Shown piece after piece: positions 43,158 to 53,882 of a stretch of 64,000 bases of DNA (its first letter is position 1; every line of letters begins with the position of its first letter). Position numbers and translations under genes: made by a program. The DNA comes from Spirochaetia bacterium (lineage in GTDB: Bacteria; Spirochaetota; Spirochaetia; DSM-2461). A model generated the notes under the pieces. The model had not been told where the DNA came from and did no database searches. It saw nothing but the letters and a program-made list of their open reading frames with translations. Where the stretch lies: positions 1,312,001 through 1,376,000 of the forward strand of contig CAXXIA010000001.1 of the NCBI GenBank assembly GCA_963666985.2, read 5' to 3'.

Positions 43158-46100
43158 TTACAGCCTTTCGTAAGACCAGATGGTCAAGTCGTCGTCCTGA
43201 GGATCTTCCCGGAGATAGGCGAAATAAAGATATCCCTCGTCTCCCTCATCCAAAGGATTGGCGTAATATTCTTCGAATTCCTGAAAATGTTCTCTTAAGA
43301 AAGCGACGATTTTACGGTCCACGCGTACGCGGGAGGTTCTTCCGGCCGATGTATCGGGAATAATGCGGAACACTTTTTCCACGGCGGCCAGGGCCATGAC
43401 CGCATCCTCACCCGTTCCTTTGAGGGTTGTGAAATCAAAATGAAGCGGTTTGCCTATGGTAAGATCGCATCTTCTTTGCAGAGTGTACGTGGTGCGGTTC
43501 ATGGCGGCTTCAATAATGTCGTCAATACGGCGGGGATCGAATTCTTCATTGGTTTCATCGGCCAGAATGGGTTTATAGATCGACCCATCTCTCTTCATTC
43601 TGAAGTTTTTATGATCCAAAGCCGCGTTCACCAGTTCCTCAGAACTCTCGGCCGTAAGGAGTTTTCCGCTTCGTTCGGGCGGATTGGTGAATTCATAGGT
43701 TGCTTCAATAAACTCCTGATCCGATGCAATAACATTCCGCGGAAGATCTTTATAGGCGATCACTTCAAATTTTTCATTTCTCAAAATATGGTGAGCCTCT
43801 TCGATACCGTCCGTGTAAAGGAACAGAACATCCCCTCGATTCAGGCTTCCCCGGACTTCTTTGTAATTCATGGGATTCATCCGGATGATTTCGGAATCCA
43901 CCTGCCCCGCCGCCGGCGACACGGGAAGTTCGAGGAGCTTCATCTTCCTGGTTTTTCCGTCGAAAACATGAACCAAGTTATCTCCGGCATGGATCATCTG
44001 GTATTCGGAGGTTCTGGCGTTAATAACCGAAAGATTGAACGCGGCGAACTTCCCCTGGAATCCGAGTTCGTTCAGCAAATCGTTAATGCCGAAAACGAAG
44101 TCGCTCAGATTATAGCTCAGTCTGCCCGTGCTTTTCGCTTTATCCCTGACCCGCCTGAAGTAATCGACATAAAGCGCGGCCACCTGAACCATAATCATGG
44201 AAGCCGTCACGCCGTGACCCGAGATATCGAGCTTAATCATAACGTAGTGATCGTCATCCAGCTGACGACAGTCGAAATAGTCACCGGAAACGGCGTCGGC
44301 GCCCTCGTAATATCCGAAAAGACGGAAGAAGGGATTATCAAAGATTCCGCCGGTTGAAAGCTTGATTGTTTTTCCCGGCATCTCCACCTGTTCCAAAGGA
44401 AGGAACGCCTTCTGGATTTCCTGTCCGGCAACCAGTTCCTGCTGCTCGATGGCGCCGATGACGAGCTTCATCACCATATCGTTGATGTTGTCCCCGAGCT
44501 GGGCCACCTCGTCTTTGCCCTTAACCGTGATTCCGAATTCCTTATGCTTGAGCATGTTCGGTTCTTCCCGAATCTTTTCCACTTCCATCGCGATGCTTTT
44601 TATGGGCCTGATGATCAAAGAAGCGATGAAGAACGCAACCAGAATACCCAAGGCCAGGGCCGCAGCCGATGCGATGATTGTGATTAAAATAATCCGTTTC
44701 TGAACCATCGCCCGAGTTTCTCGGATTGACTCCACCGAAACGGCGACGCGGACGGTTCCTCTGAAGAAATTCGTATCCTGATCGCCGATTCGGTAGAGCA
44801 GCGGTTTATAGAAGATAAAGACATCGGGGCCGCCCGGCCGAATCATCTCCGCGTTGAAATCCGGATAACTCGAAAAATATTTATTTGAAACTTCAAGCAG
44901 AAGAGTCTCGATTTCCTTTTTCTGAGCGGCCACGGCCTCCTCGGCCTCCACATAGGCCGGATTATCGAAATCCAGAGTGAAAACGACTTCCTGAGCGAGT
45001 TCCGTGTAGCGTTCCTCAAGAACGGTCAGCTCGCTGATCATGCGGGCGATTCCGGCATCCTGAACGGCCTGTTCCACTTCCTGCCGCTTCAACTCGATGT
45101 CCTCCGAGAGTTCATCCTCAATGCGATGAACTCCGAGGCCGGCTTCCGACGGCATGAGATTAACCCGGCGAAGGGCCTTTCCCACCAAAGAAGCTTTTGC
45201 CTCGGCGGCCTTTTTATCCAGTACGGCATCTCCGCCGGCACCGTATTGATAGGCTTCCCTGAGCGCCGAGGCTTCTTCATCCGTCGCCGATTCCAAAGAC
45301 AAGGCATACGAATCCGCATCCAGAGTTTCAGGAAATCCCAATTTATCGAGAATATCGGGATCGTTGGTGGCCCAAATGTACTCGGAACCGACTGCCGTGG
45401 CTCTGAGCACACCGTTTTCAATCACACCCATCGGCCCTGTAACCGTGGTCCAGAGAGCATCCTCCAGAGCGTTGATTTTCTCCGGCAGCAATAAGAGTTC
45501 ACCTCTTTCGGCGGCGGGGATGCTGGTGCGCGCGCTGGAGGATAAGGTTTCAACAAGAAGCCGCGATTCGCTCGCCAGCCCTTCGGCCTGCGATTCGAGT
45601 TCCATTCGCAGCCAGACAAAACCGAGGACCAGAGAGATCATCAGGATAACAAGGATAACCAATGCCGAAAGCGCCAAAGTGAATTTCGGACGGAGTTTCA
45701 TGCCTTTACTCCTTAAAACAAGGGCCGCTTCTTCTCTGGCGGCCAGGGACATGGGCGAACGGTTCAGCAGAGCCTTCGCGTCTTTTTTCAGTGTGTTCAA
45801 TTCCTTCAAATCGACGGTAAGGCGATGCATCGTAATAATAAATGCCGCCGATATAAGAAGGAGAATAACGACAATGAGAAGCTGATTGCCGCTGATTCTG
45901 AGGGAAAAGGCGGCAGGCTCCCAAAGCGATTCATATTTATAAAGACCGAAGGGGCCGAATTTAACGTTGCCGATGGAATCCAAGCGCATGGTCCTGTCCC
46001 ACCAGGCCAATCCGCGCGTCGGATGGCGCACACCGATACGGTAGGTTCCCTTCTCCATATCGTCGATACCGACGATATCGGCGATTCTGTCCGAGGAGAC

Positions 46101-48248
46101 ATTCAGCTTGCCGTCGGATGCTTTGTACACATAATCCCAGGGTTCTTGTCCGTCCCGGTCGATAACGGCTTCGTCAAGAAGACCGCCGACGGAAAAACCG
46201 CGGCCGATGAGATGCAGAACAATGCGGTCGGCTTCGTCTCTTCGCGATGTAACATCGGTAATGAAGGTAACCGGAACGTATCGATTCGTGAAAAGAATCT
46301 GTGAATTGGGAAGTCCTTCGTTTCCGGCTTCATCTATAGCCGCTACGGTGAACGCCCAAACACCGTTGTCGATATTGAACCACGAAGCGGTTGTTTCTGC
46401 GGATTCGGTGCCGCCGGACATGAAGAACGCTCTCCGGGCATCCGCCAGGGACACGGCTTCCAATCGTTCCAAATCCAATGATTCGGGGGATGAAGCCAGA
46501 TAATCCATGCGCCACCGATAGTAGGCCGCCGGATCGTCTTCTCCGTCCGTCCAAGTTATATCGAACGTATTTTCCCGAAGATAACCGTAGGCATCGGTTT
46601 TCGGCGGAGAAAGAATTATCGGCGGTGGCGGAGGCGTGATATCAAGAGTATAGATGAGTCTCAAGGGCTCGGACCAATTGCCCGCCTGATCCTGCGCCGA
46701 CAAAGCGAAATACCAATTCCCCTCATCCTTTTGAGGGTTTTCTATCTCGAAAACGGCGCGGTATTCTCCGTAAATCCGGTCGCTCTCCAAACGCGAAGGC
46801 ACGGCATCGGGATTCCTGGACCATATCCAGCTGTAGGAAAGAATTCCCGAGGAATCTTCAGGCCCCCGCCAATTCACGACAAGAGTTCTGTTGTTCCCCG
46901 GACGCCCCGAAAGAAAGTTCGCATTCGTCAGTTCGGGGGGATCGACATAAAGATCGGGGCGAAGAAAAACGGAGCGATACTGACCGATCGTTCGATCCTG
47001 CCAGAACACATAGGTTTGATTTTTAAATTCAACAGCCCTGGGGAATGCCGCGCTGCCGCGGACCGCTCCCGCGGAATGCGCATCCAGCGAAGCGGCCTGG
47101 ATGCCGTAAACGCCCGAAGCGTTTCTTTTGGCAAGACGAATCCCGGTATCGTCAAACCAAAGGATCCATGTGGCGCCGCTGAAATTCGCGATTCTCGGAT
47201 TGGCGCTGGTATGCCTGTCGTTGGTAACCGTTTCCGCGCTCCGCGAAAGAATATTGCCGCGGAGGTCCAAAGTGACGGCGGAGATATTCGGAACTTCCCG
47301 CCCACGACGCCGTTCCCAAGCGATAAGAATTTCACCTTCCGCGTTTAAAGCCCCGTGAGGCCGCTCGTTATCCCAGAGCAGCGGATCATTACCGTCGGAC
47401 GGCGTTATGGATTCGGTAATCGCTTTCGCCGGTCCCCACGGTTCGCCGGATTCTTTGACTTTGATGTAAATTTGATAAACTTGGCCTTCATCGCCCTGCC
47501 GCAAGCTCTGAAAAACAACATACTCGTTTCCATCCGCGACAAAATGGGACGGAAGAAAGTTCTGTTCGAGAATCTCTCCGTTAATGGATCGGTCGGAAAG
47601 CGGATCGATAAAAAGAACAGGATCCGTCCAGGAATTTCCATCCGCGGACTCGGAAAGAAAGATTGAAAGCGTTGTCGGCCGGGAGGCCCCTTCTATGGAA
47701 GTTCTCCTTGTTAGAAAAAGCCGAAACCCGGCCCCCTTAACGAATGAAATTTTCGGCGCGACGGCGACATCCGCGGCTTCAGTGCCGGATGGAATCAAGG
47801 CGGCTCTTCGAAAAGAAGGATTTTCGGAGGTTCCTTCCTGCCTGTATAGCGCCACCCCCTCGGAGGCCACCGCCACGGCGGCGACCAGATTCCCTTCATC
47901 ATCGGAAGCGGCCGAAAAAAGAGGAACTTCCTCCATCCACAGATAAGGAAGATTTTCGGCGATGGTAACCGCGGGGCCGGACCAATCCCGTCCGTCATCG
48001 GAAAACATGACTTTCAGCGCTATCGTCGCATCCAGACTCTCCGCTTCTCCGGAGAATTCCTGCCATATGAGCGCCAGACGCTCTCCGGCGGCTACCATCG
48101 TCGGGAAACGTCCGCCCTCCGCCCGTTCGATGGGATCGGGGAAATCCCAGTACAGTCTATCCTGAGCACCGGCGGGCGCCGCCGAAAACAGCGTCAGGAG
48201 GGCCGATGCGGCAAAAGTAAAAACGCGGAGTGCGACCCTCTTGTTCAC
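43158..48248 (-). CDS. Very large membrane sensor with HAMP and SpoIIE/PP2C phosphatase domains
   Basis: Signal peptide, Asp-box-like SDDGRDWS/SADGNSWT, FN3-like D.AGN repeats, three TMs, HAMP (RPIK...DEVAQL), VSGDYFD, DISGHG, YTDGIEEA, DDDLT. GTG 48248 overlaps the upstream stop. Confidence 0.88.
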   Translation of the reverse strand: MNKRVALRVFTFAASALLTLFSAAPAGAQDRLYWDFPDPIERAEGGRFPTMVAAGERLALIWQEFSGEAESLDATIALKVMFSDDGRDWSGPAVTIAENLPYLWMEEVPLFSAASDDEGNLVAAVAVASEGVALYRQEGTSENPSFRRAALIPSGTEAADVAVAPKISFVKGAGFRLFLTRRTSIEGASRPTTLSIFLSESADGNSWTDPVLFIDPLSDRSINGEILEQNFLPSHFVADGNEYVVFQSLRQGDEGQVYQIYIKVKESGEPWGPAKAITESITPSDGNDPLLWDNERPHGALNAEGEILIAWERRRGREVPNISAVTLDLRGNILSRSAETVTNDRHTSANPRIANFSGATWILWFDDTGIRLAKRNASGVYGIQAASLDAHSAGAVRGSAAFPRAVEFKNQTYVFWQDRTIGQYRSVFLRPDLYVDPPELTNANFLSGRPGNNRTLVVNWRGPEDSSGILSYSWIWSRNPDAVPSRLESDRIYGEYRAVFEIENPQKDEGNWYFALSAQDQAGNWSEPLRLIYTLDITPPPPPIILSPPKTDAYGYLRENTFDITWTDGEDDPAAYYRWRMDYLASSPESLDLERLEAVSLADARRAFFMSGGTESAETTASWFNIDNGVWAFTVAAIDEAGNEGLPNSQILFTNRYVPVTFITDVTSRRDEADRIVLHLIGRGFSVGGLLDEAVIDRDGQEPWDYVYKASDGKLNVSSDRIADIVGIDDMEKGTYRIGVRHPTRGLAWWDRTMRLDSIGNVKFGPFGLYKYESLWEPAAFSLRISGNQLLIVVILLLISAAFIITMHRLTVDLKELNTLKKDAKALLNRSPMSLAAREEAALVLRSKGMKLRPKFTLALSALVILVILMISLVLGFVWLRMELESQAEGLASESRLLVETLSSSARTSIPAAERGELLLLPEKINALEDALWTTVTGPMGVIENGVLRATAVGSEYIWATNDPDILDKLGFPETLDADSYALSLESATDEEASALREAYQYGAGGDAVLDKKAAEAKASLVGKALRRVNLMPSEAGLGVHRIEDELSEDIELKRQEVEQAVQDAGIARMISELTVLEERYTELAQEVVFTLDFDNPAYVEAEEAVAAQKKEIETLLLEVSNKYFSSYPDFNAEMIRPGGPDVFIFYKPLLYRIGDQDTNFFRGTVRVAVSVESIRETRAMVQKRIILITIIASAAALALGILVAFFIASLIIRPIKSIAMEVEKIREEPNMLKHKEFGITVKGKDEVAQLGDNINDMVMKLVIGAIEQQELVAGQEIQKAFLPLEQVEMPGKTIKLSTGGIFDNPFFRLFGYYEGADAVSGDYFDCRQLDDDHYVMIKLDISGHGVTASMIMVQVAALYVDYFRRVRDKAKSTGRLSYNLSDFVFGINDLLNELGFQGKFAAFNLSVINARTSEYQMIHAGDNLVHVFDGKTRKMKLLELPVSPAAGQVDSEIIRMNPMNYKEVRGSLNRGDVLFLYTDGIEEAHHILRNEKFEVIAYKDLPRNVIASDQEFIEATYEFTNPPERSGKLLTAESSEELVNAALDHKNFRMKRDGSIYKPILADETNEEFDPRRIDDIIEAAMNRTTYTLQRRCDLTIGKPLHFDFTTLKGTGEDAVMALAAVEKVFRIIPDTSAGRTSRVRVDRKIVAFLREHFQEFEEYYANPLDEGDEGYLYFAYLREDPQDDDLTIWSYERL

Positions 48249-51200
48249 AGACGCGCCTCCACTTTCCTCTTCCATTCCCTGATGCGCGGGTCATTGGAGA
48301 AAGCCGAGAACTCGGTATCGATGCGTCCCAATAATGCTTTGGCCAAGATAAAGTTACTCTGACCGTACGAATCTTCAACCAACTCCAGAAGATGAAGAAG
48401 TTCGGCGGGGAAAGCAGGCAGCCGCGCGGGTTCCACGGAAAGAAGAATCTCGTTTTTCAAATTGGAAGCTTCGGCGTTATCAAGCCACAGGACCAGAGCC
48501 GAATCCAGAAGTTCCACGGCTCGGTCGGACCCGGCGGCTCCGAGATTTTCCCAAATTCTCCGTGCTTCACCGGTGATCCTGCGGCTTTCGGCCAAAACGG
48601 CGGGATCGGGCGGAGGAATAATGATTCCCAGCACCACTTCCGCATCGTAAATAAGCTGCTTAAGACCGGAAAATTCGGGATCGATCTTTTCGAGAACCTT
48701 AATCTGCCCGTAAAGTCCCTTCTGCGTCGAATTGCCGCGCAACGCCACCACATCGTTTCTGCCGACGGCCCTGCGGGTTTGGTTCACCAAAGACCTGGCT
48801 TCGGCGGTCCATGTGTCTTCATCCGTCTGCTTGAGAATCTTCTGTTCCAGAAGCAGCGCCGCCTCGTTCCCCGGGAAGGTGTTCAGAACCTGCCTGACAA
48901 GATCGTTTGCGGATCGGAAGGACTTAAGGGCGTCGGCGCTCCGGGGATTCGATTCGACGACTCTGATGCCTGCGACATAATAGCGGTTCGCGAGGTTCAA
49001 GTATTGATTCATCTCGGCAAAAAGCGGATCGGTTTCTTCAATGACCGTCTGCTGAAGGGCCTGCTGGGCATTCTGAAGACGAACAATCCACGCTTCCATT
49101 TCGGGATCATTTTCTCCGTATGAGCGTTCCCAGAATTCCTGCGACTGATTCAGCATGGTAAGACCCGATGAATAACCGCCCTCGTCATAGGCCTTTTTCG
49201 CCCCTTCCACGGCATTCTGTTTTACCGTAACCGCCAAACGGCTTCTGTCGGTTCTCACATCGTTCCGCAATCCCGAACGGGCCGCATCGATACCCGAAGC
49301 CGCGGCGATATCGGCATCGTTGATAAGCATTTCAAGATAGGCCGCATCAACGTCGTCCAAAGATCCTTCGGCCGCGTCATAGAGATCGATCGCTCTGTAG
49401 AATTCATCGATATCGTTGCGCAAGCGTCCCCGTTCCGCGGCGGATTGAGCCGAAGTAAGATTCCGTCTCGCGCTCGCCAAAGCATTGGAAGCCGAAATTT
49501 CGGCGCGCCGGGCGGCCGTTATGAAACCGTTCGCGGATTCCTGCAAACCGTTCAGATCGTCGCGATGTTCGGCGACTTCCATAATCAGATTTTCCGCTCG
49601 CTGCGAGAATTCCAGGATTCGTTCGGGATCGTCGATCGGAGGATCCCGATTCAGCATCGAATCCAGAATATCCAAGAAATCTCCGATGGTCTTCTCGGCC
49701 GTTCCAAGAGACGCCAGAGACGGAAGAACAATATTTTCCAGAACTTCGGAGGGGTGTCGATCCGGAAGTTCTTCGGAATCCTCCGGAATATCGGCCCCTT
49801 CGATCCGCAATCGGGCGGAGTCGATATCCGCGGACATAAGTTCTCGCGTGGAGGCTTCCATGTTTTCATACAGAGGAGTGATTGTATTAACATAGAAAAG
49901 CAATCTCTTGTCGTTGTATTCATCCAGCGCCGAATCAAGGTCGGAACGCAAAGTCGAATCAACAGATTCCGCGGCCGAATATGCGGCGCCCGGAAGGGCG
50001 GAGAGCTCTCCCGAAGAAGAATCCCAATCGCTCTTCATCCGTTCGGCGCGGTTTACGGCATCCTGCAGAGGAAAGACATACTCATCGATATTATCAATTC
50101 CGATGGACGCGTAATCGAGATTCTCGATGTCGGGAATCGTTCCGCCGATTTCGGAAAGATCTCTCCAAACGGGAACCGCCGCCGCCGCGTATGCCGTATA
50201 GGCTTCAAACTCATCCAGTCTTTTTTTGAAAGTCTCATCACCCGCATCCCCGTATTGGAGGGCCAGCGATTTTTCCGAAGCCAGGAATCCGACGGCGGAA
50301 TCGGCGGCCTCCAGGGCAATTCGGAAGGAAGAATCCGCCCCAGTCCAATCTCCCGCGAGATAAGCGGTTCGTCCCTCCCGTAAGGCATCCTCCGTACGGC
50401 TCTCCATATCTTCAAGAATATTCAAGAAAAGCGACTCCCAATGAAGTCTCTGGGCCAAAAGGATGCCTTCGGTTCCGATTTTTTCTCCCCTGCCGTAGAA
50501 ATATTGTCCGATCCGTTCATAACGGAAATCCTCGGGGATTCCCTCCAGAACCTCGTAAAGCCGTTCTTTTACGGTGTTGAGCTCTTGCGACAATTCGGTG
50601 CCGACGGCGATATTCGCTTTAACCGATTCCATATTATCCATGAAGGGAGCGGTCGCCGAAGACCATGCGGCCGGAGAATCCGATAAGATCGTTTCCATCA
50701 GCAAAGATGAGGCCGCGGAGAGTTCTTCGGCTAAAGATTTCCATTCGTCGAGACTGCCGTCGATGCTTTCAAGAACGATATCTCCTTCGGGGGCGATATT
50801 TCCGTATGCATCCCAAATCATCTTCTGTCTTCCGGGGTCGTCGAGATAACGGGTAATCTCGGCCTTATCCCGGGCAAGAATCACATATTCATCGTAAAAT
50901 TCAAGATATTCCTCACTAACGAATCCCTGCCGGTATAAATCAACGGCTCCGATGTAGTTCTCTACCCTCAGCTGGACATTGCCGCGCTCGTAGAAATCAT
51001 CCCGGATACTGTCGTTAATGGCCTTGCTCACCACGATGGCGGCGAGAATGAGATTGTTGAGCGTATTCCGGTTCGGATCCTTATCCAGTTCTTTTATTTC
51101 CCGAATTTTCGCTTCGGCCGTCCGTTCATCTCCGTTGATGATGGCCTCGTTCAATTCCGCGAAAACTTCGTTAACCTGACTTTTTATCCCCCGGATTTCG

Positions 51201-51448
51201 AGAATCAGATCCTGAACCCGCTCCATTTGCTCCGGATCGTGCTGAGCCAAATCGACCAGAACGGCAATGGCATCGTCCAGATGTCCCTTGTCTATAAGAT
51301 CGTTTGCCTTTTCAAGTTCCGCTTTGGGATCGAATCCCTCCCGCGCATCTGAACCTCCGGCATACAGCGGACAGACCGAGACCATGATCAAAAAGAGAAT
51401 CGGCGGAAGGACCCCCGGCCCCCCCCTGTCAGAGAATCTGAATCTCAC
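48245..51448 (-). CDS. Large exported alpha-helical/TPR-like protein
   Basis: Signal peptide; 1067 aa, acidic and helical with TPR-like segments. Confidence 0.75.
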   Translation of the reverse strand: MRFRFSDRGGPGVLPPILFLIMVSVCPLYAGGSDAREGFDPKAELEKANDLIDKGHLDDAIAVLVDLAQHDPEQMERVQDLILEIRGIKSQVNEVFAELNEAIINGDERTAEAKIREIKELDKDPNRNTLNNLILAAIVVSKAINDSIRDDFYERGNVQLRVENYIGAVDLYRQGFVSEEYLEFYDEYVILARDKAEITRYLDDPGRQKMIWDAYGNIAPEGDIVLESIDGSLDEWKSLAEELSAASSLLMETILSDSPAAWSSATAPFMDNMESVKANIAVGTELSQELNTVKERLYEVLEGIPEDFRYERIGQYFYGRGEKIGTEGILLAQRLHWESLFLNILEDMESRTEDALREGRTAYLAGDWTGADSSFRIALEAADSAVGFLASEKSLALQYGDAGDETFKKRLDEFEAYTAYAAAAVPVWRDLSEIGGTIPDIENLDYASIGIDNIDEYVFPLQDAVNRAERMKSDWDSSSGELSALPGAAYSAAESVDSTLRSDLDSALDEYNDKRLLFYVNTITPLYENMEASTRELMSADIDSARLRIEGADIPEDSEELPDRHPSEVLENIVLPSLASLGTAEKTIGDFLDILDSMLNRDPPIDDPERILEFSQRAENLIMEVAEHRDDLNGLQESANGFITAARRAEISASNALASARRNLTSAQSAAERGRLRNDIDEFYRAIDLYDAAEGSLDDVDAAYLEMLINDADIAAASGIDAARSGLRNDVRTDRSRLAVTVKQNAVEGAKKAYDEGGYSSGLTMLNQSQEFWERSYGENDPEMEAWIVRLQNAQQALQQTVIEETDPLFAEMNQYLNLANRYYVAGIRVVESNPRSADALKSFRSANDLVRQVLNTFPGNEAALLLEQKILKQTDEDTWTAEARSLVNQTRRAVGRNDVVALRGNSTQKGLYGQIKVLEKIDPEFSGLKQLIYDAEVVLGIIIPPPDPAVLAESRRITGEARRIWENLGAAGSDRAVELLDSALVLWLDNAEASNLKNEILLSVEPARLPAFPAELLHLLELVEDSYGQSNFILAKALLGRIDTEFSAFSNDPRIREWKRKVEARL

Positions 51449-51646
51449 TGATATCCGCCTATCGGCTCCTCAACTGTATTTTCCGTGAAGTATTGGTGAT
51501 CGTCAGCTAAAGACGAATCGCCTTTTTCACGATTATTTACATATATATCGGCAAATTCGTTACCTTCACAAAGAGTCGGCCGCGATCATGCCGATGTATT
51601 AGAATACTGGATTGATGTACCTTAGGGAGGTATATTAATAACGTAT

Positions 51647-52891
51647 ATGAAGCGTATGTTCATTGCGTTCACTTTTTTTGCCGCCTCGATCGCCCTCTGG
51701 GGCGATGGAAACGATGTTTATTCATCGGTTTCCGAGTTGTTCGGCATTGATAAAAACGCAGGACAGAATTCTTTTCTCACGCTCCTTATTCCCTCCGGGG
51801 GAAAGTATGAGGGTATGGCCTCGGCCCATACCGCGGTTGTTCTCGACGGCAGCTATCTCGAAGCCAATCCCGCCGGCGGGTCGTTTCTACCGAAAACAAC
51901 CTTAAGCCTTGCCCATGTCGATTGGATCGCCGATTCGGGCCTTGAAACGATAACCTTCGCGTTTCGGCCTGAAAAAGCCGAAGATTTGGGCTTGGGATTC
52001 AGCGGCAAATTCCTCCACGTACCGTTCACCGGCTATAACGAGTGGGGTTCGCAATACAATAACGGGGGCTCGTCGGCCGTAGGCTGGTACACAGAGTTTA
52101 TCGCCACGGCGGCAATCTCCTATAACTTTTTCCGTAATTTTTATTTCGGCGGGCTTTCGGTCGGTGCCGCCATGAAGGCGGGCTACCGGGGTGTCAGTTC
52201 CACTTTGGCAACCGGCCAGAACGCTCTTTCTCTGATGGGTGATTTCGGTCTGATGACTCAGTTCAATTTCTTAAAGCTTTATGCGGCTCGGGATATGAAC
52301 TGGTCCGTGGGAGCCACGGTGAAAAACCTCGGTTCCGAATTCATCGACGATCCCGATCCTCTGCCCACGTATGCCTCGTTCGGAATTTCCTATAAACCCA
52401 TGCGCCCGCTCACCATTGCGTTCGATGTCAACTACCCGTTCAACCTCAACGGCGAGGAAGCCGAAAAGATGAGCTATGCGGCGGGACTCAACGCGGAAAT
52501 TGCGGAATTCGTCTCCGCTCATACCGGTTTTCTCATTAAAACGGGCAAGCCCCGCTTTACCATCGGAGCCGACTTCCGATTAAAAAACATGACCCTCGCC
52601 ACCAATTACACCCTCGATTTAACGACGCGCATGGAAATATTCGACCGAATGAGCGTTCTTGTAAAACTGGATCTCGATACGGTCCGGCAGCTGATTATCA
52701 AAGACGATGTTCAATCGCTCTATCTCGAAGGTCTGGACGCCTATGCCATGGGTGATCTGACGGAAGCGGTGCGGTATTGGGAGAATTGTTTGTCTTTGGA
52801 TCCGACTTTCAAGCCGGCAAGGGAAATGCTGGAAACCGTCGGGAAAACCATGAACCTCGAATCGGAACTTCGTGAAACGCTGATCGATTAG
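51647..52891 (+). CDS. UPF0164 / PorV-FadL-like outer-membrane beta-barrel with C-terminal TPR
   Basis: LLIPSGGKYEGM, EANPAG, HVDWIAD, VKNLG; C-terminal LYLEGLDAY...AVRYWE...LDPTF. Confidence 0.8.
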   Translation: MKRMFIAFTFFAASIALWGDGNDVYSSVSELFGIDKNAGQNSFLTLLIPSGGKYEGMASAHTAVVLDGSYLEANPAGGSFLPKTTLSLAHVDWIADSGLETITFAFRPEKAEDLGLGFSGKFLHVPFTGYNEWGSQYNNGGSSAVGWYTEFIATAAISYNFFRNFYFGGLSVGAAMKAGYRGVSSTLATGQNALSLMGDFGLMTQFNFLKLYAARDMNWSVGATVKNLGSEFIDDPDPLPTYASFGISYKPMRPLTIAFDVNYPFNLNGEEAEKMSYAAGLNAEIAEFVSAHTGFLIKTGKPRFTIGADFRLKNMTLATNYTLDLTTRMEIFDRMSVLVKLDLDTVRQLIIKDDVQSLYLEGLDAYAMGDLTEAVRYWENCLSLDPTFKPAREMLETVGKTMNLESELRETLID

Positions 52892-52973
52892 TCCGAACAA
52901 CCGCTACCGCCGCCCTCTCTTCTCATCTCAATTAAAACGCCCGGCTGTATGCCGAACAGAGTTCTTAAACGGC

Positions 52974-53882
52974 TCAGCCTGGAGTGATTTCTTCCAATGC
53001 CTGCAGAATATTCGACTGGCCGTAAAGGGTTGCGTATTTTCGGGCCGACATGCCGAGCATATCCTTTTTCTCGACATCCGCACCGCCTCGAATCAGTTCG
53101 ATGGCCGCTCCGTCACGTCCGTTTCCCACGGCCAGGATAACGGCGGTCTGTCCGTCCCGGCTTACGTGTTCCAAGTCGGCGCCGAGTTCAATAAACCGCC
53201 GGGTTAACAAATCGTGCCCCCCTGCGGCCGCATCCATTACGGGGGTGGTGCCCCGATCCTCGGCCACACCGTTCAAATCGGCTCCGGCGTCCAGCAGAAT
53301 CTCCACCAGATCGATATGCCCCGACCTGATGGCATGACTCATAACGGGTACGCCCGCTCCGTCACGAAGAGACGGACTGAATCCCGCTTCAAGAAACAAT
53401 CCCATAAGGAATCTGTCGCCCTCCTGCACGGATTCGACAAAAGAACGGGATGAATTTTCGATATTTCTTTCGGTAAGTTCCCGGCGGGCCATAATGGCTT
53501 TGGTTTCCTCGCACCAGGATTCCTCGACTTCCGAATAGTAATCATAAACGTCTTTTTCATCGCCCACGATAATAACGTACCGATTGGCGAATTCGGGAAC
53601 CGCATCGGCATCCTCCGCCGAAACCCAGAACGTCAAACGATCGGTTCTCCCTCTTTGATGTCCGATCGCGTAATAGAGCCACTTGGATGAAAGGCTCTCA
53701 CGATCCGCGATACACAATATATATGGTGAATAATCCAGACAGCGTTCCAAGGTATCCATGCTTTTTTCCAAATCGTTTCTCGGATACCATGCAAGCGATT
53801 CTATAAAAAGGCTGTCAAAGACATGTCTGAGTTTCGGGAGCATTTCGAGATTGTTTTCGCTGCAAACGACTGCCAGTTTCAT
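52974..53882 (-). CDS. Ankyrin-repeat protein with TIR-like N-terminal domain
   Basis: ATG 53882 after AGGAG; ankyrin repeats (GHIDLVEILLDAGAD, GTTPVMDAA, GQTAVILAV). Confidence 0.85.
   Translation of the reverse strand: MKLAVVCSENNLEMLPKLRHVFDSLFIESLAWYPRNDLEKSMDTLERCLDYSPYILCIADRESLSSKWLYYAIGHQRGRTDRLTFWVSAEDADAVPEFANRYVIIVGDEKDVYDYYSEVEESWCEETKAIMARRELTERNIENSSRSFVESVQEGDRFLMGLFLEAGFSPSLRDGAGVPVMSHAIRSGHIDLVEILLDAGADLNGVAEDRGTTPVMDAAAGGHDLLTRRFIELGADLEHVSRDGQTAVILAVGNGRDGAAIELIRGGADVEKKDMLGMSARKYATLYGQSNILQALEEITPG

Noticed and set aside
43440..50383. Long plus-strand ORFs (305, 243, 312 aa and others)
   Set aside because: Antisense shadows of well-supported minus-strand genes, as are most other short ORFs in the track.
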